Assembly: GCF_947507565.1 (NCBI RefSeq)
Contig: NC_089192.1
Location: 1,110,690-1,174,689, forward strand
Direction of reading: 5' to 3'
Length of the DNA stretch: 64,000 nucleotides
From: Oscarella lobularis
Lineage: Eukaryota
The notes beneath the pieces were generated by a model. That model was not told where the DNA came from. It did no database searches and saw nothing but the letters and a program-made list of their open reading frames with translations. Positions 20,490 through 33,013 of this stretch are shown here, in pieces. Both the position numbers and the translations under genes were made by a program. The stretch's first letter is position 1, and every line of letters begins with the position of its first letter.

Positions 20490-21307
20490 TTCATTGCGTC
20501 CTCGTTGAAACCTTAGACTATTCCCGCTCCTCCGCCCCTCCGTTTACATTATTTGAGAGCGGATACACTGTCGTTTGCGTGCCGAGTGTAGCGCACGCTT
20601 GACTAGCCCGACGTAGCGCCTTGATTTTGCCGACCAAGCCCACTGCCGTTACTACGTATGCGTTCGCTTTTCGCGTCCAAATAGCGTCCGGATGTCTGTA
20701 GAATAGATCGACAATGCATTTTGCGACGAATTCATCGCTTCTACGGCTCGTTTCGCGTCGTTTCGCGATGCGTGGACAGTTGACGTCATGCGTTGCTCAA
20801 TGTAGCGTGACAGGGCGTGTCTTGCGTACGTATGCACACTCTTTTTGGCGTTTTGATTTGATTTCGAACAAAATTTCGCTCGTTTTTGCCGGCAGAAATG
20901 CATTTGGGGCCGATTGACGGTATTTTGGGTTCTAACGCCGCACTCTTGATCGTGAATAGCTGCAGTCGTTCCGCTCCAGTCGCGTATCAATATAAATACC
21001 CAGCGTTTACAAGTACTAATCAGAGAGGAGCAGAGAGAGCTCGTGGCTAAGATAGAAGGGAGGCTGGCAACTCTCCCTAAGATTGTGTCTGAGATTAGAG
21101 ATTCTTTTTATTTATTTAGTCTTAACCCTTGTTTAGAATTATAAAGTTGCGAGCGTATTTCTGCTACATCTTGTCGCCACAAATCTCAAACATTTACCCT
21201 TCGGATATTTTGAATTGCAGAAAACGCAACTAAGCAAAAAATAAGGCAGAAAAACGTTGAGAAACAAGGCATGCACTAAACAAACAGAGAGAATCGCGTC
21301 CAGTCAG

Positions 21308-22905
21308 CTAAGTGAGTCTCATTATTTCTACTACCAACTTGACGCCAAGACTCTCAAACTTTTCATCTTGGCAAAGTACTTTGTAGTGGCTCACGACAAA
21401 TTGCAGGCATTTCTCTCTCAAATCTCTAAAGCCGTACTTATCAGCAAGAGACAGATAATCAATAGCCGTTGCGGTTGAAACGGTCTTTGCCAAATAGGCA
21501 ATGCAAAAATCACGCAGAGTGGAAATGAGAAAACGATCAGCCAATATCAATATATCCGGCATGTTGCTGCTGTACTTCTGTACGTCCAAGGAGCCAGTGA
21601 GAAGAAATGAAATGATTGCGTAGAACGATTCATAGGTGGCATCTTTGATAGAAATTGGAGTGGATTCGGTCTCGGAAGATTTCCAATTCGACGAGAACAT
21701 ACTGCTGAAGTAATCACTTCGAATGCAAAGAACCGATTTAGCGGTGACGGTGACGTGCTTTCCTTGAACTAAGAATACGGCTTTATCTGTAGAAACGATT
21801 TCTTCGTTGTCAATCAATTGCGCAAGATCATGTGAAAGTTCATCGAATGCTTTGAAGGAAGGAGGTGCAGCTTTTTTGAAGGAAGGAGGTGCCACTCTCA
21901 CTCTACGAACGGCCTTCTGCTCCGTAAAGTAAAGGTACCCCGACTTAGAATCAAAAAACAAGTGATGAGGTAGATTCAATGACGCTAATTCTCCCTTGCC
22001 ATCTGTAGACACTGCCGCACCTGATCCGCAGAGAACTTCTTTTTCATTTGATGACAATGCCAGCTTGTAGATTCTATGCGAGAGATCAGAGAAGTAGACA
22101 TTTCCGTCATCGTCAACAGCCACACCATAAGGTGTGTTGAGATTTTTACAAACGGTTGAAACGTGGTGGTTTTTAATCTTTCTGATAGCACCATTAGCAC
22201 CACTAGATCGGTCAGCCACATACACAGAACCGTCTGGTCCCACTGCTAATTGATCTGGGTGATTAAATTTGGCTTCAGTACAGTGACCATCGGTGTTGCC
22301 TGGTTGGCCTGCGGAGCCTGCTAGCGTTGTTACGCGTCCATCAACCTCAATTCGACGTATTGTATGTCCGCCAAAAGAAGACACTAAGACACTTCCATCT
22401 TGTAGTGCCACAATCCCGAATGGGTGATTGAATTGAGCTTCAGTAAGGCCTACTCCATCTCGGTCTCCACGGGTGCCATTGCCAGCTAATGTAGAGACGG
22501 TGTCACCACTCAGCTGCGAGAGCGTTTTATACTCAGAACCGTGGCAAATCTACGTGTATCCATTACCTTTCGAATGCGATTCCTTTCGCACTCAGTGACG
22601 AAGAGACAGCAACCGGAGGAGGCAATGCCTACTGGTTTGGAAAATGTCGCCGAGTTCAAAGTACCGTCTTGGTGACCGGATTGGCCGGGAATGCCAGCAT
22701 GGGCCGAGACTTCTTGAGAGGTAAGATCAACTTTCCAAATGCAGTGTTGATTGAAGTCTGAGACACACACTTGATCGTTTAGGATCGCGATTCCCCACAA
22801 GTACGAGAACGATTCGTGACGTGACACAGTCGAGACAGATCCATCTAAAAACGGAAAAGAGGCACGCTCAAATGTTTTTCACAAACGGAACTCCTTACAT
22901 TCCAT
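21308..22905 (-). CDS. NHL-BTB-BACK protein, array copy 5 (3 exons)
   Basis: Exon 1 ATG at plus 22903-22905. Exon 2 is 22827-22567. Intron 2 is 22514-22566 (53 nt, GTAATG...CTCGCAG). Exon 3 is 22513-21308. A 15-nt in-frame deletion at the C-terminus gives '...EIMRLT*' instead of '...EIMRLIGK*'. Confidence 0.6.
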
Positions 22906-24242
22906 TTAGGAACGCGCAGAAGGTGCTCAAACGATTGACAGGGTCCGACAAGGCACGGCTAGAGAGTGACAACACGCGCGTTAGAACGTGGCAGTCAACG
23001 CTTCCTCGCAGTCATGTTATTCCGAAGCTCTCTGCTTCTAACGGTTCTATTCTCATGTTTGACCGGATTCGAAACCCAGATTCGTACGTCGACCGTCAGT
23101 TCGAACTCCCACCCTAGATTCGGCGCTACGACACTTCGATGCGCTTCGTACGAGCGAGATAAGGCGTACGAGCGAGATAATGCATTCTAGCATCGATCCC
23201 TCGCGCAGAAGAATGGAGGTGTCGATCCTCGGACGGTACAAGAACATCCAAGTGTCCTGGAAGATCCATTGTTGGAATTCTTTTCGCTGTAGAAAATTTT
23301 CTCTGCATCTCTCGAACGACGAAAACCTGTTGGCACCCAATTTTCGCGCAGTCGTTTCAGACGAAACAGGCAGTTCGCAAGTTTTTGAGAAAATCAACTG
23401 AAAAGAGTTTTACATTGGAGAGGGTGGGATGGCTCATTTCCTTTCGTGGGTCTTTTTAATTGATAGAATTTCTCTCCTGGCGGCTAGAGCCAATTTGTAC
23501 GAGTCCAAAGTTCATAGAAATTCTCTCCTGGCTACAGGGATTTTCTACGATAACATAGAACTTCCCTTCTAATTTTTAATTCAAAAGGCCTTCTGTTTTA
23601 ATCTAATGTTTTTTCCCAGAGGAAACGGATCTTCTGTTTCGGCTCACATCGATTCGGAACAATCGGTGACGGCAACGATTCTCAGTCACGACGATGCGTA
23701 CACAATTACACATGTATATCGAAGTAGGTGCACGTGCACTGCTGTCTCATTGAATATCACTTTCAAAAATTCCGTAGCCGTCGCATCGACACATCGCAGA
23801 GCCACACAATTTTCACATGATCGCCTATAGAAGATCGGACGTTGTCCACAATTACGGCAAAAGAAATTCTAACGGAAGGTGATAAAATAGTATGCACCTT
23901 TACGTTTGACGAGAGAAGAGACGCGTGTATGACCCAAAGAATTGTCTTAGAACTTCCTAGAGACTCCACTCGAATTAGTGAGACTGGTAGATTGTGTCTG
24001 AGATTAGAGATTCCTTTTATTTTTTTATTTTGGCCCCTTGTTTAGAATTATAGCGTAGTGAGCTTATTTCTGCCGCGGTAAATCTCAAGCATTTTACCCT
24101 TCAGATATTTCAAATTGCACCACTCAGCAAGAGACAGATAATATATAGAAAATTACAGAAAACGCAGCCGAGCAAAAATAAGTCAAAAAACCGTTGAGAA
24201 ACAAAACGTACAGAGAGAATCGCGTCCAGTCAGCTACGTGAG

Positions 24243-25833
24243 TCATTTGCCAACGAGTCTCACTATTTCTACTACTAACTTGACGCCAAGACTCTCAAAC
24301 TTTTCGTCTTGGCACAGTACTTTGTAGTGGCTCACGACAAATTGCAGGCATTCCTCTCTCAAATCTCTAAAACCGTACTTATCTGCAAGAGACAGATAAT
24401 CAATAGCCGTCGCAGCTGAAACCGTCTTTGCCAAATGAGTCATGCAGAAATCACGCAGAGTGGAAATGAGAAAACGATCAGCCAATACCAATATATCCGG
24501 CATGTTGCTGCTGTACTTCTGTACGTCCAAGGAGCCAGTGAGAAGAAATGAAATGATTGCGTAGAACGATTCATAGGTAGCATCTTCAATAGCAATTGGA
24601 GCGGATTCGGTCTCGGAAGATTTCCAATTTGACGAGAACATCCTATTGAAGTAACCACTTCGGATGCAAAGAACCGATTTAGCGGTGACGGTGACGTGCT
24701 TTCCTTGAACTAAGAACACGGCTTTATCTGTAGAATCGATTTCTTCGTTGTTGATCAATCGCGCAAGATCATGTGAAAGTTCATCAAATGCTTTAAAGGA
24801 AGGAGGTGCTGCTTTTTTGAAGGAAGGAGGTGCCACTCTCACTCTACGAACTGCCTTCTGCTCCGTAAAGTAAAGGTACCCTGACTTAGAATCGAAAAAC
24901 AAATGATGAGGATCATTCAATGACGCTAATTCGCCCTTGCCATCTGTAGACGCTACTTCACCTGATCCGCAGAGAATTTCTTTTTCACTTGATGATGATG
25001 CCAGCTTGTAGATTCTATGCGAGAGATCAGAGAAGTAGACATTTCCGTCATCGTCAACAGCCACACCATAAGGTTGGTTGAGATTTTTACAAACGGTTGA
25101 AACGTGGTGGTTTTTAATCTTTCTGATAGCACCATTACATCGGTCAGCCACATACACAGAACCGTCTGGTCCCACGGCTAATTGATGTGGGACATTAAAT
25201 TTGGCTTCAGCACAGTGACCATCAGCGTTGCCTCGTAGACCTGCGGAGCCTGCTAACGTTGTTACGCGTCCATCAACCTCAATTCGACGTATTGTATGTC
25301 CGCCATAAGAAGACACTAAGACACTCCCATCTTGTAGTGCCACAATTCCGAACGGGATATTGAATTGAGCTTCAGTAAGGCCTTCTCCATCTCGTTCTCC
25401 ACAGGTGCCATTGCCAGCTAATGTAGAGAGGGCGTCACCACTCAGCTGCGAGGGCGTTTTATACTCAGAACCGCGGCAAATCTGTATCATTACCTTTCGA
25501 ATGCGATTGCTGTCGCACTCAGCGACGAAGAGACAAGAACCGGAGGAGGCAATGCCTACTGGACCAGAAAATGTCGCCGAGTTCAAACTACCGTCTTGGT
25601 GACCGGATTCGCCGGGAATCCCAGCATGGGCGGAGACTTTTTGAGAGGTAAGATCAACTTTCCAAATGCACTTTTGAGTGTGATCTGCGACACACAATTG
25701 ATCGTTTAGGATCGTGATTCCCCACAATTCCGAGAACGACTCGTGACGTGCCACAGTCGAGACAGATCCGTCTAAAAACGGAAAAGAGGCACGCTCAAAT
25801 GTTTTTTCACAAACGGAACTCCTTACATTCCAT
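24243..25833 (-). CDS. NHL-BTB-BACK protein, array copy 6 (3 exons, apparently intact)
   Basis: Exon 1 ATG at plus 25831-25833. Intron 2 is 25446-25493 (48 nt, in-frame and stop-free). Exon 3 reaches 24243. The track 'M' at 25754 is a GTG codon. Confidence 0.65.
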
Positions 25834-27146
25834 TTAGGAACGCGCAGAAGGTGCTCAAACGATTGACAGGGCAGGGCTAGAGAGTGACAACGCGCGCGTT
25901 AGAACTTTGGTTCCTCGCCGTCATGTTATTCCGAAGCTCTCTGCTTCTAACGGTTCTTTTCCCATGTTTGACCGGATTCGAAACCCAGATTCGTACGTCG
26001 ACCGTCAGTTCGAACTCCCCGCCGATCGTTCGACGACTTCCCACCCTAGATTCGGCGCTACGACACTTCGATACGCTTCGTACAGACGAAATAAAGAAGC
26101 ATCAATCCCTCGCGCGGAAGAATGAGGTGTCGATTCTCGGACGGTACAAGAACATCCAAGTGTCCTGGAAGATCCATTGTTGGAATTCTTTTCGCTAGAA
26201 ATTTTTCTCTGCACCTCTCGAACGGCAATAACCTGTTGGCACCCAATTTTCGCGCAGTCGTTTCAGACGAAACAGGCAGATCGCAAGTCTTTGAGAAAAT
26301 CAACCGAAAAGAGTTTTACATTGGAGAGGGTGGGTTCTAGCTCATTTCCTTTCGTGGGTCTTTTTAATTGATAGAATTTCTCTCCTGGCGGCTAGAGCCA
26401 ATTTGTACGAGTCCAAAGTTCATAGAAATTCTCTCCTGGCTACAGGGATTTTCTATAATAACATAGATTTTCCCTTCTAATTTTTAATTCAAAATGCCTT
26501 CTGTTTTAATCTAATGTTTTTTCCCAGAGGAAGACGGATCTTCTGTTTCGGCTCACATTGATTCGGAACAATTGGTCACAGCAACGATTCTCAGTCACGA
26601 TGATGCGTACTATATCGAAGTAGGTGCACGCGCACTACTGTCTTATAGAGAAACTCACTTTCAAAAAAATTCCGTAGCCGTCGCATCGACACATCGCAGA
26701 GCCACACGATTTTCACATGATTGCCTATAGGAGATCAGACGTCGTGCACAATTACGGCGAAAGACATGATAACGGAAGGTGATAAAATAGTATGCACCTT
26801 TACGTTTGACGAGAGAGAAGAGACGCGTGTATGACCCAAAGAATTGTCTTAGAACTTCCTAGAGACTCCACTAGAATTAGTGAGACTGGTAGATTGTGTC
26901 TGCGATTAGAGATTCCTTTTATTTTTTAATTTAGGCCCCTTGTTTAGAATTATAACATAGTGAGCTTATTTCTGTCGCGGCAAATCTCAAGCATTTTACC
27001 CTTCAGATTTTTCAAATTGCACCACCCAGCAACGGACAGATATTATATAGAAAATTACAGAAAACGCAGGTAAGCAAAAAATAAGTCAAAAAAACCGTTG
27101 AGAAACAAAACGTACAGAAAGAATCGCGTCCAGTCAGCTACGTGAG

Positions 27147-28748
27147 TTATTTGCCAATGAGTCTGATTATTTCTGCTAATAACTTGACGCCAAGACTCTC
27201 AAACTTTTCATCTTGGCACAGTACTTTGTAGTGGCTCACGACAAATTGCAGGCATTCCTTTCTCAAATCTCTAAAACCGTACTTATCAGCAAGAGACAGA
27301 AAATCAATAGCCGTTGCAGCTGAAACCGTCTTTGCCAAATGGGTCATGCAGAAATCACGCAGAGTGGAAATGAGAAAACGATCAGCCAATACCAATATAT
27401 CCGGCATGTTGCTGCTGTACTTCTGTACGTCCAAGGAGCCAGTGAGAAGAAATGAAATGATTGCATAGAACGATTCATAGGTAGCATCTTCAATAGCAAT
27501 TGGAGCGGATTCGGTCTCGGAAGATTTCCAATTTGACGAGAACATCCTATTGAAGTAATCACTTCGAATGCAAAGAACCGATTTAGCGATGACGGTGACG
27601 CGCTTTCCTTGAACTAAGAATACGGCCTTATCTGCAGAAACGATTTCTTCGTTGTCAATCAATAGCGCAAGATCATGTGAAAGTCCGGCATCATTAAATG
27701 CTTTGAAGGAAGGAGGGGCTGCGTTTGCTGCTTTGAAGGAAGGAGGTGCCACTCTCACTCTACGAACGGCCTTCGGCTCTGTAAAGTAAAGGTACCCTGA
27801 CTTAGAATCGAAAAACAAATGATGAGGATCATTCAATGACGCTAATTCGCCCTTGCCATCTGTAGACGCTGCTTTACCTGATCCGCAGAGAATTTCTTTC
27901 TCAATTGATGATGATGCCAGCTTGTAGATTCTATGCGAGCGATCAGAGAAGTAGACATTTCCGTCATCGTCAACAGCCACACCATAAGGTGCATTGAGAT
28001 TTTTACAAACGGTTGAAACGTGGTGGTTTTTAATCTTTCTGATAGCACCATTGGATCGGTCAGCCACATACACAGAACCGTCTGGTCCCACGGCTAATTG
28101 ATCTGGATTCATAAATTTGGCTTTAGCACAGTGACCATCAGTGTTGCCTGGTTGACCTGCGGAGCCTGCTAACGTTGTTGCGCGTCCGTCAACCTCAATT
28201 TGACGTATTGTATGTCCGCCATAAGAAGACACTAAGACACTCCCATCTTGTAGTGCCACAATCCCGAATGGGTGATTGAATTGAGCTTCAGTAAGGCCTA
28301 CTCCATCTCGTTCTCCACAGGTGCCATTGCCAGCTAATGTAGAGACGGTGTCACCACTCAGCTGCGAGAGCGTTTTATATACTCAGAAGTCTGAACCGTG
28401 GCAAATCTGCATCATTACTTTTCGAATGCGATTTCCGTCGTACTCAGCGACGAAGAGGCAAGAACCGGAGGAGGCAATGCCTGTTGGACCGGAAAATTTC
28501 GCCGAGATCAAAAATCCGTCTTGGTGACCGGATTGGCCAGGAATCCCAGCATGGGCGGAGACTGCAAGATCAACTTTCCAAATACACGTTTGAGCGTAGT
28601 CTACGACACACAATTGATCGTTTATGATCGTGATTCCCCACAAGTTCGAGAACGACTCGTGACAGGACACAGTGGAGACAGATCCGTCTGAAACGGAAAA
28701 GAGGCATGCTCAAATGTTCTTTTACAAACGGCTTTCCTTGCATTCCAT
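27147..28748 (-). CDS. NHL-BTB-BACK protein, array copy 7 (3 exons; GC donor in intron 1)
   Basis: Exon 1 'ATGGAAT' at plus 28742-28748, followed by GCAAGG (a GC-AG intron candidate). Exon 2 is 28670-28419. Intron 2 is 28362-28418 (57 nt, GTAATG...CTCGCAG). Exon 3 is 28361-27147. Confidence 0.55.
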
Positions 28749-28857
28749 TTAGGAACGCGCAGAAGGTGCTCAGATGATTGACAGGGTCCGGCAAGGCGGG
28801 GCTAGAGAGTGACAACACGCGCGTTAGAACTTTTGCAGTCAACGCTTCCTCGCCGTC

Positions 28858-31800
28858 ATGTTATTCCGAAGCTCTCTGCTTCTAACGGTTCTTTTCCCAT
28901 GTTTGACCGGATTTGAAACTCAGATTCGTACGTCGACCGTCAGTTCGAAATCCCCGCCGATCGTTCGACGATTTCCCACCCTAGATTCGGCGCTACGACA
29001 CTTCGACACGCTTCGTACAGACGAAATAAAGCATTCTAGCATCGATCCCTCGCGCAGAAGAATAGAGGTGTCGATTCTCGGACGGTACAAGAACATCTAA
29101 GTGTCCTGGAAGATCCATTGTTGAAATTCTTTTCGCTGTAGAAAATTTTCTCTGCACCTCTCGAACGACAATAACCTGTTGGCACCCAATTTTCGCGCAG
29201 TCGTTTCAGACGAAACAGGCAGTTCGCAAGTCTTTGAGAAAATCAACCGAAAAGAGTTTTACATTGGAGAGGGTGTGGTCTAGCTCATTTCCTTTCGTGG
29301 GTCTTTTTAATTTATAGAATTTCTCTCCTGGCGGCTAAAGCCAATTTGTACGAGTCCAAAGTTCATAGAAATTCTCTCCTGGCTACAGGGATTTTCTATA
29401 ATAACATAGAATTTCCCTTCTAATTTTTAATTCAAAATGCCTTCTGTTTTAATGAATCTAATGTTTGTTCCAGAGGAAGACGGATCTTCTGTTTCGGCTC
29501 ACATCGATTCGGAACAATTGGTCACAGCAACGATTCTCAGTCATGACGATGCGTACTATATCGAAGTAGGGGCACGTGCACTACTGTATGATAGAGAAAA
29601 CCACTTTCAAAAAATTCCTTAGCCGTCGCATCGACACATCGCAGAGCCACACGATTTTCACATGATCGCCTATAGGAGATCGGACGTCGTGCGCAATTAC
29701 GGCGAAAGAAAGGATAACGGAAGGTGATAAAAAATTGTCTTAGAACACTTTCCGAGGGTTATGCTGCCTAAAATATTTTTTTCCCTTTTAGTTTCTCTGG
29801 TCGTTTCTGTGGAGTCGACTCGGAAGAGCATCACATAGTTCATAATAACGGTGAAACTTCATCAATGAGAGTAGGAGGCAAGATTATCTTATCGATCTTA
29901 ATAGATTTTTCTCACTCGTGGTCGCGACTTCGGCGCGCCGTTCCCGCGCGACACACGTGCCCCATCGCACTCGTCGCCGATCACAAATTTTATCAGACTC
30001 TCGGTGGACGAAGTTTTTCTGGGACCATCAATTTTATGGTCTAAGCAAATGTCTCGAGGATTAAAATACATTTTTGAGACGCATTTTGATAGATAAATCT
30101 AATCGGCGATATTAATCAAATATACAGGGGAACGGATTTCGATGGGATCGACGGCGTCGGATTGCAAGTGGCCTTGGTAGGGGATTAATCATATATTTAT
30201 TATGTTCGAATTTAATTTCTCTTGTCCTTTTCTTAGGCGGTCGTCAACGCGACGGCGAATAGTGGTAGCACTCATTTCAACTCGAACGGCAAAGACGGCA
30301 AAGGCTTCAGCGCTTCTGAGCTTTTGACCGTGAGTCTCTCTCCCATTCACACGCGCGTATCCCCAAGACGTCTGTGATCTCTCGCGAAGGCGTTCAGTCG
30401 TACGCTCGAATGGCAGAGCTATTGTCTCGCTCATCTCTTCACTCATCGCGATTTCGACAAAGGCGTCCTGGGACTCGCCTACGTGGCGAGTCCGAGTCGA
30501 TCGGCGCCCGGCGGAATATGTTCTCCCGGTGAGAAACGTTAATAAATAATAATTTTATTTGGGCTGAACACGTTTTTGTTTCTCTAGTCTATAGGAGAAC
30601 TCAATCGCTGAGGACCGGAATGACGAGCACGATCAATTACGGTAGACGACTTGTCAAAGAAGAAATAACCGTCGTCGCGTCACATGGTCAGAAAATCAAT
30701 ATTATTTATTAATGAATCAACGTGAGTTTTGTTATAGAAATTGGTGAGAGCGCTTTGCGATGTGAGCCCCTCCTCCTCTTCCTCCTTGACGATGTATCTA
30801 GGTCACAATTGGGGATCTCCGCACGATCCGGATTCGGGCAATTGCGCCGGCGATTCGAACAACGGCCGATTTATCATGTATCCGTCGGCGAGCGACGGAC
30901 TCGATCCGAACAACAGAGTCAGAAAAATAATTAAATCAGATTAAAATAATTAATATATAAATTGAATTCGCTTTTAGTTGTTTTCGAGTTGCAGTAGACT
31001 TTCAATTGGCGCCGTCCTCGCTTCGAAGGCCTCGACTTGTTTCGACGGTACAACGTTCTTCGTCGTCTGGGTCGATGTTTACGAGAGGGGGCCCCCTTAG
31101 ATACGAGCAACGCGTTCTGTGGCAATTTTCGCGTCGACGTGTCTGAGAATTACGTTGAGCAGTGCGACGAGGGGATAGTGAGCGAGGCGGAAAGGTCGCC
31201 GAACGACACGCGCTGCTGCGACAATACGTGCAAGCTCTTGACGTCGATTCGAGCCAATTGCAGGTATGATGACGAAAAATCGTTGGATTTCTTAGGGAAT
31301 TGATGCTCGTCTAGCGATAAAAATGACGTGTGTTGCACGAATTGCGGAATAGCGGATACCGGGAAACGTTGTCGCAGTGCCGATCACGTCAATTGCATTC
31401 GAGAGGAATTTTGCAAGTACGAAATTAATCAATTAAATACTTATACAGTTATAGATATTATGGTGTAGTGGTACTTCCCCCAAGTGTCCTCTGCCGCCTC
31501 GGTTGGAACCGGATGGAACTCCGTGCATCAATGGGTTTGTAGCACTAATCAGTATTGACGAACCCGTTTCGATTATGCTTTGCTTTTCCAGCGGGACGTG
31601 CATGAAGGGCAAGTGCGAAGACTTCTGCACTGTGCGCGGTTTCAAGCCTTGCGACTGCTTTCAAAATCGTACGCTTTTCAATTGACTATTTCTCGGCAAA
31701 TGTTTTTTTTTCCTTAGCAAAATTTTCCACCCACTCGTGCCAACTGTGCTGCGTTCGCGACCGCGAGTGTCAGCCCTATATAGCGACGAGCGACGACGTC

Positions 31801-32446
31801 GAAAACACGACGCTGAGACTGGCGTTGAACGGCAGCTCCGCGTCCTATCCCAATGGGAAGACATGCAACAATCAAACGGGACTATGCGATATGGTACAGT
31901 ACTGGGCACCCCACTCCTCCGCGCGCGCGTGATACATCGTTTCTCAGGGCGTGTGCGTACGCACCGTTCAGGACACGCAAGATCGATTCTGGGACATCTT
32001 CGGAGACTTCAGTCTCGACCTCATAGGTTCTTCATCAAATCAAAAGATATGAACGTCTCGTAGAGAGATATTTGTTTCCTTTTCAGCTGAGTGGTTTCGA
32101 AATAACATCGTCGCCGACGTCCTCATATTCACGACTCTCGTTTGGATACCCCTCTCTCTAGTCGTCACTTACTTTGTAACTGCTAAGCGAGGAGAGTATC
32201 GATGTTTCAATGTATATCATTCTATCTCAGGATAGGAAGAGGTTGGGGGAGTTCGAGAGGCAGGAGCAGGAGTGGCTCGACGCGACCGATCGTCGTCGAC
32301 GAGCGATGGAGAAGCGCGAAGTGGAGCAGCAAAGGAATTGGGCTTTCAAGCCGCGCAAATCGAAGAGTCGAAAGTATCGCACCGACGAAAACGTCAGTCT
32401 TCTTCAGTCGACCGAACAGGTGAGAGAGGGGGGAAGTTTGTATTAG
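28858..32446 (+). CDS. ADAM10/ADAM17 (TACE/Kuzbanian)-family metalloprotease-disintegrin, multi-exon; the 5' exon copy carries in-frame stops
   Basis: Modelled exons: signal peptide and pro N-terminus from ATG 28858; pro '[15 protein letters not shown]...' about 29474-29614; cys-switch/furin/catalytic start about 29790-30038. Then 30127-30175, 30237-30329 and 30390-30528 ('[25 protein letters not shown]', cf. ADAM17 '[25 protein letters not shown]'). Then 30588-30686, microexon 30738-30743, and 30802-30917 ('[16 protein letters not shown]...[11 protein letters not shown]'). Then 30978-31047 and 31101-31263 (disintegrin '[19 protein letters not shown]...RCCDNTC'). Cysteine-rich exons follow at about 31320-31890, a TM exon ('[24 protein letters not shown]') at about 32085-32200, and a basic cytoplasmic tail to about 32446. 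Introns are 51-88 nt. Exon 1 of this copy has TAA at about 29098 and a further stop near 29125, relative to the frame that is conserved and open in the other R1 copies. Confidence 0.6.
30738..30743 (+). other. Candidate 6-nt microexon (AAATTG) supplying the Glu-Ile of the [12 protein letters not shown] zinc-binding motif
   Basis: The upstream exon ends '...GCG TCA CAT G' at 30686, donor GTCAGA. Intron 30687-30737 is 51 nt with acceptor TTTTGTTATAG. The microexon is AAATTG, with donor GTGAGA at 30744. Intron 30744-30801 is 58 nt with acceptor TATCTAG. The next exon begins GTCACAATTGG. Together this reads [12 protein letters not shown], the exact HExGHNxGxxHD reprolysin consensus. Skipping the microexon gives HGHNW and loses the catalytic Glu. 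Confidence 0.5.
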
Positions 32447-33013
32447 GCATGGAGTCAAAGCTAAATGTTTATGCTAAAAGTCGATTTTCACGCAGAACTA
32501 GAAAACGGAGAAAGCGAAAAAAATCGAACTAATCCGCTAACTATTTCACTAATAATCCTTGATCGACGATATTCACTCCACTCGTTCGTTTCGTTTCGTA
32601 ATAGTTATGTGTTTAGAAGTCGGAGAACGCGGGATTTCAGCTCAGAAGTTTCGACGGTTTTCTGACCAACGCCCTTTTCTTGACAGACTTGGATTGAGTT
32701 TGCCGCGTTCCTATCTCGATGCGAAACCTTTGTAAACAGGGTGGGGATCCCTATTATCGCGTTACCGTTCTATATGGAGAGGATTTCCTAATAAGAAGAA
32801 GCCATATCTGGGCGACCGGATTTACCACACAATAACGTAATCATAAGACTTCGTGCCATGCCATCGAGGATGACACATAAAGGGGACAAACCGACTAGAA
32901 ATGAGAAGAGAAAAGCGAAGAGAAAAAGTTCGTCAGAAAAAGAAAGATTAAAGACAACGAGACAGGTACAGAATCACATAACGTTCGTCCAAGACACGAT
33001 GAGAACGGCGTGC

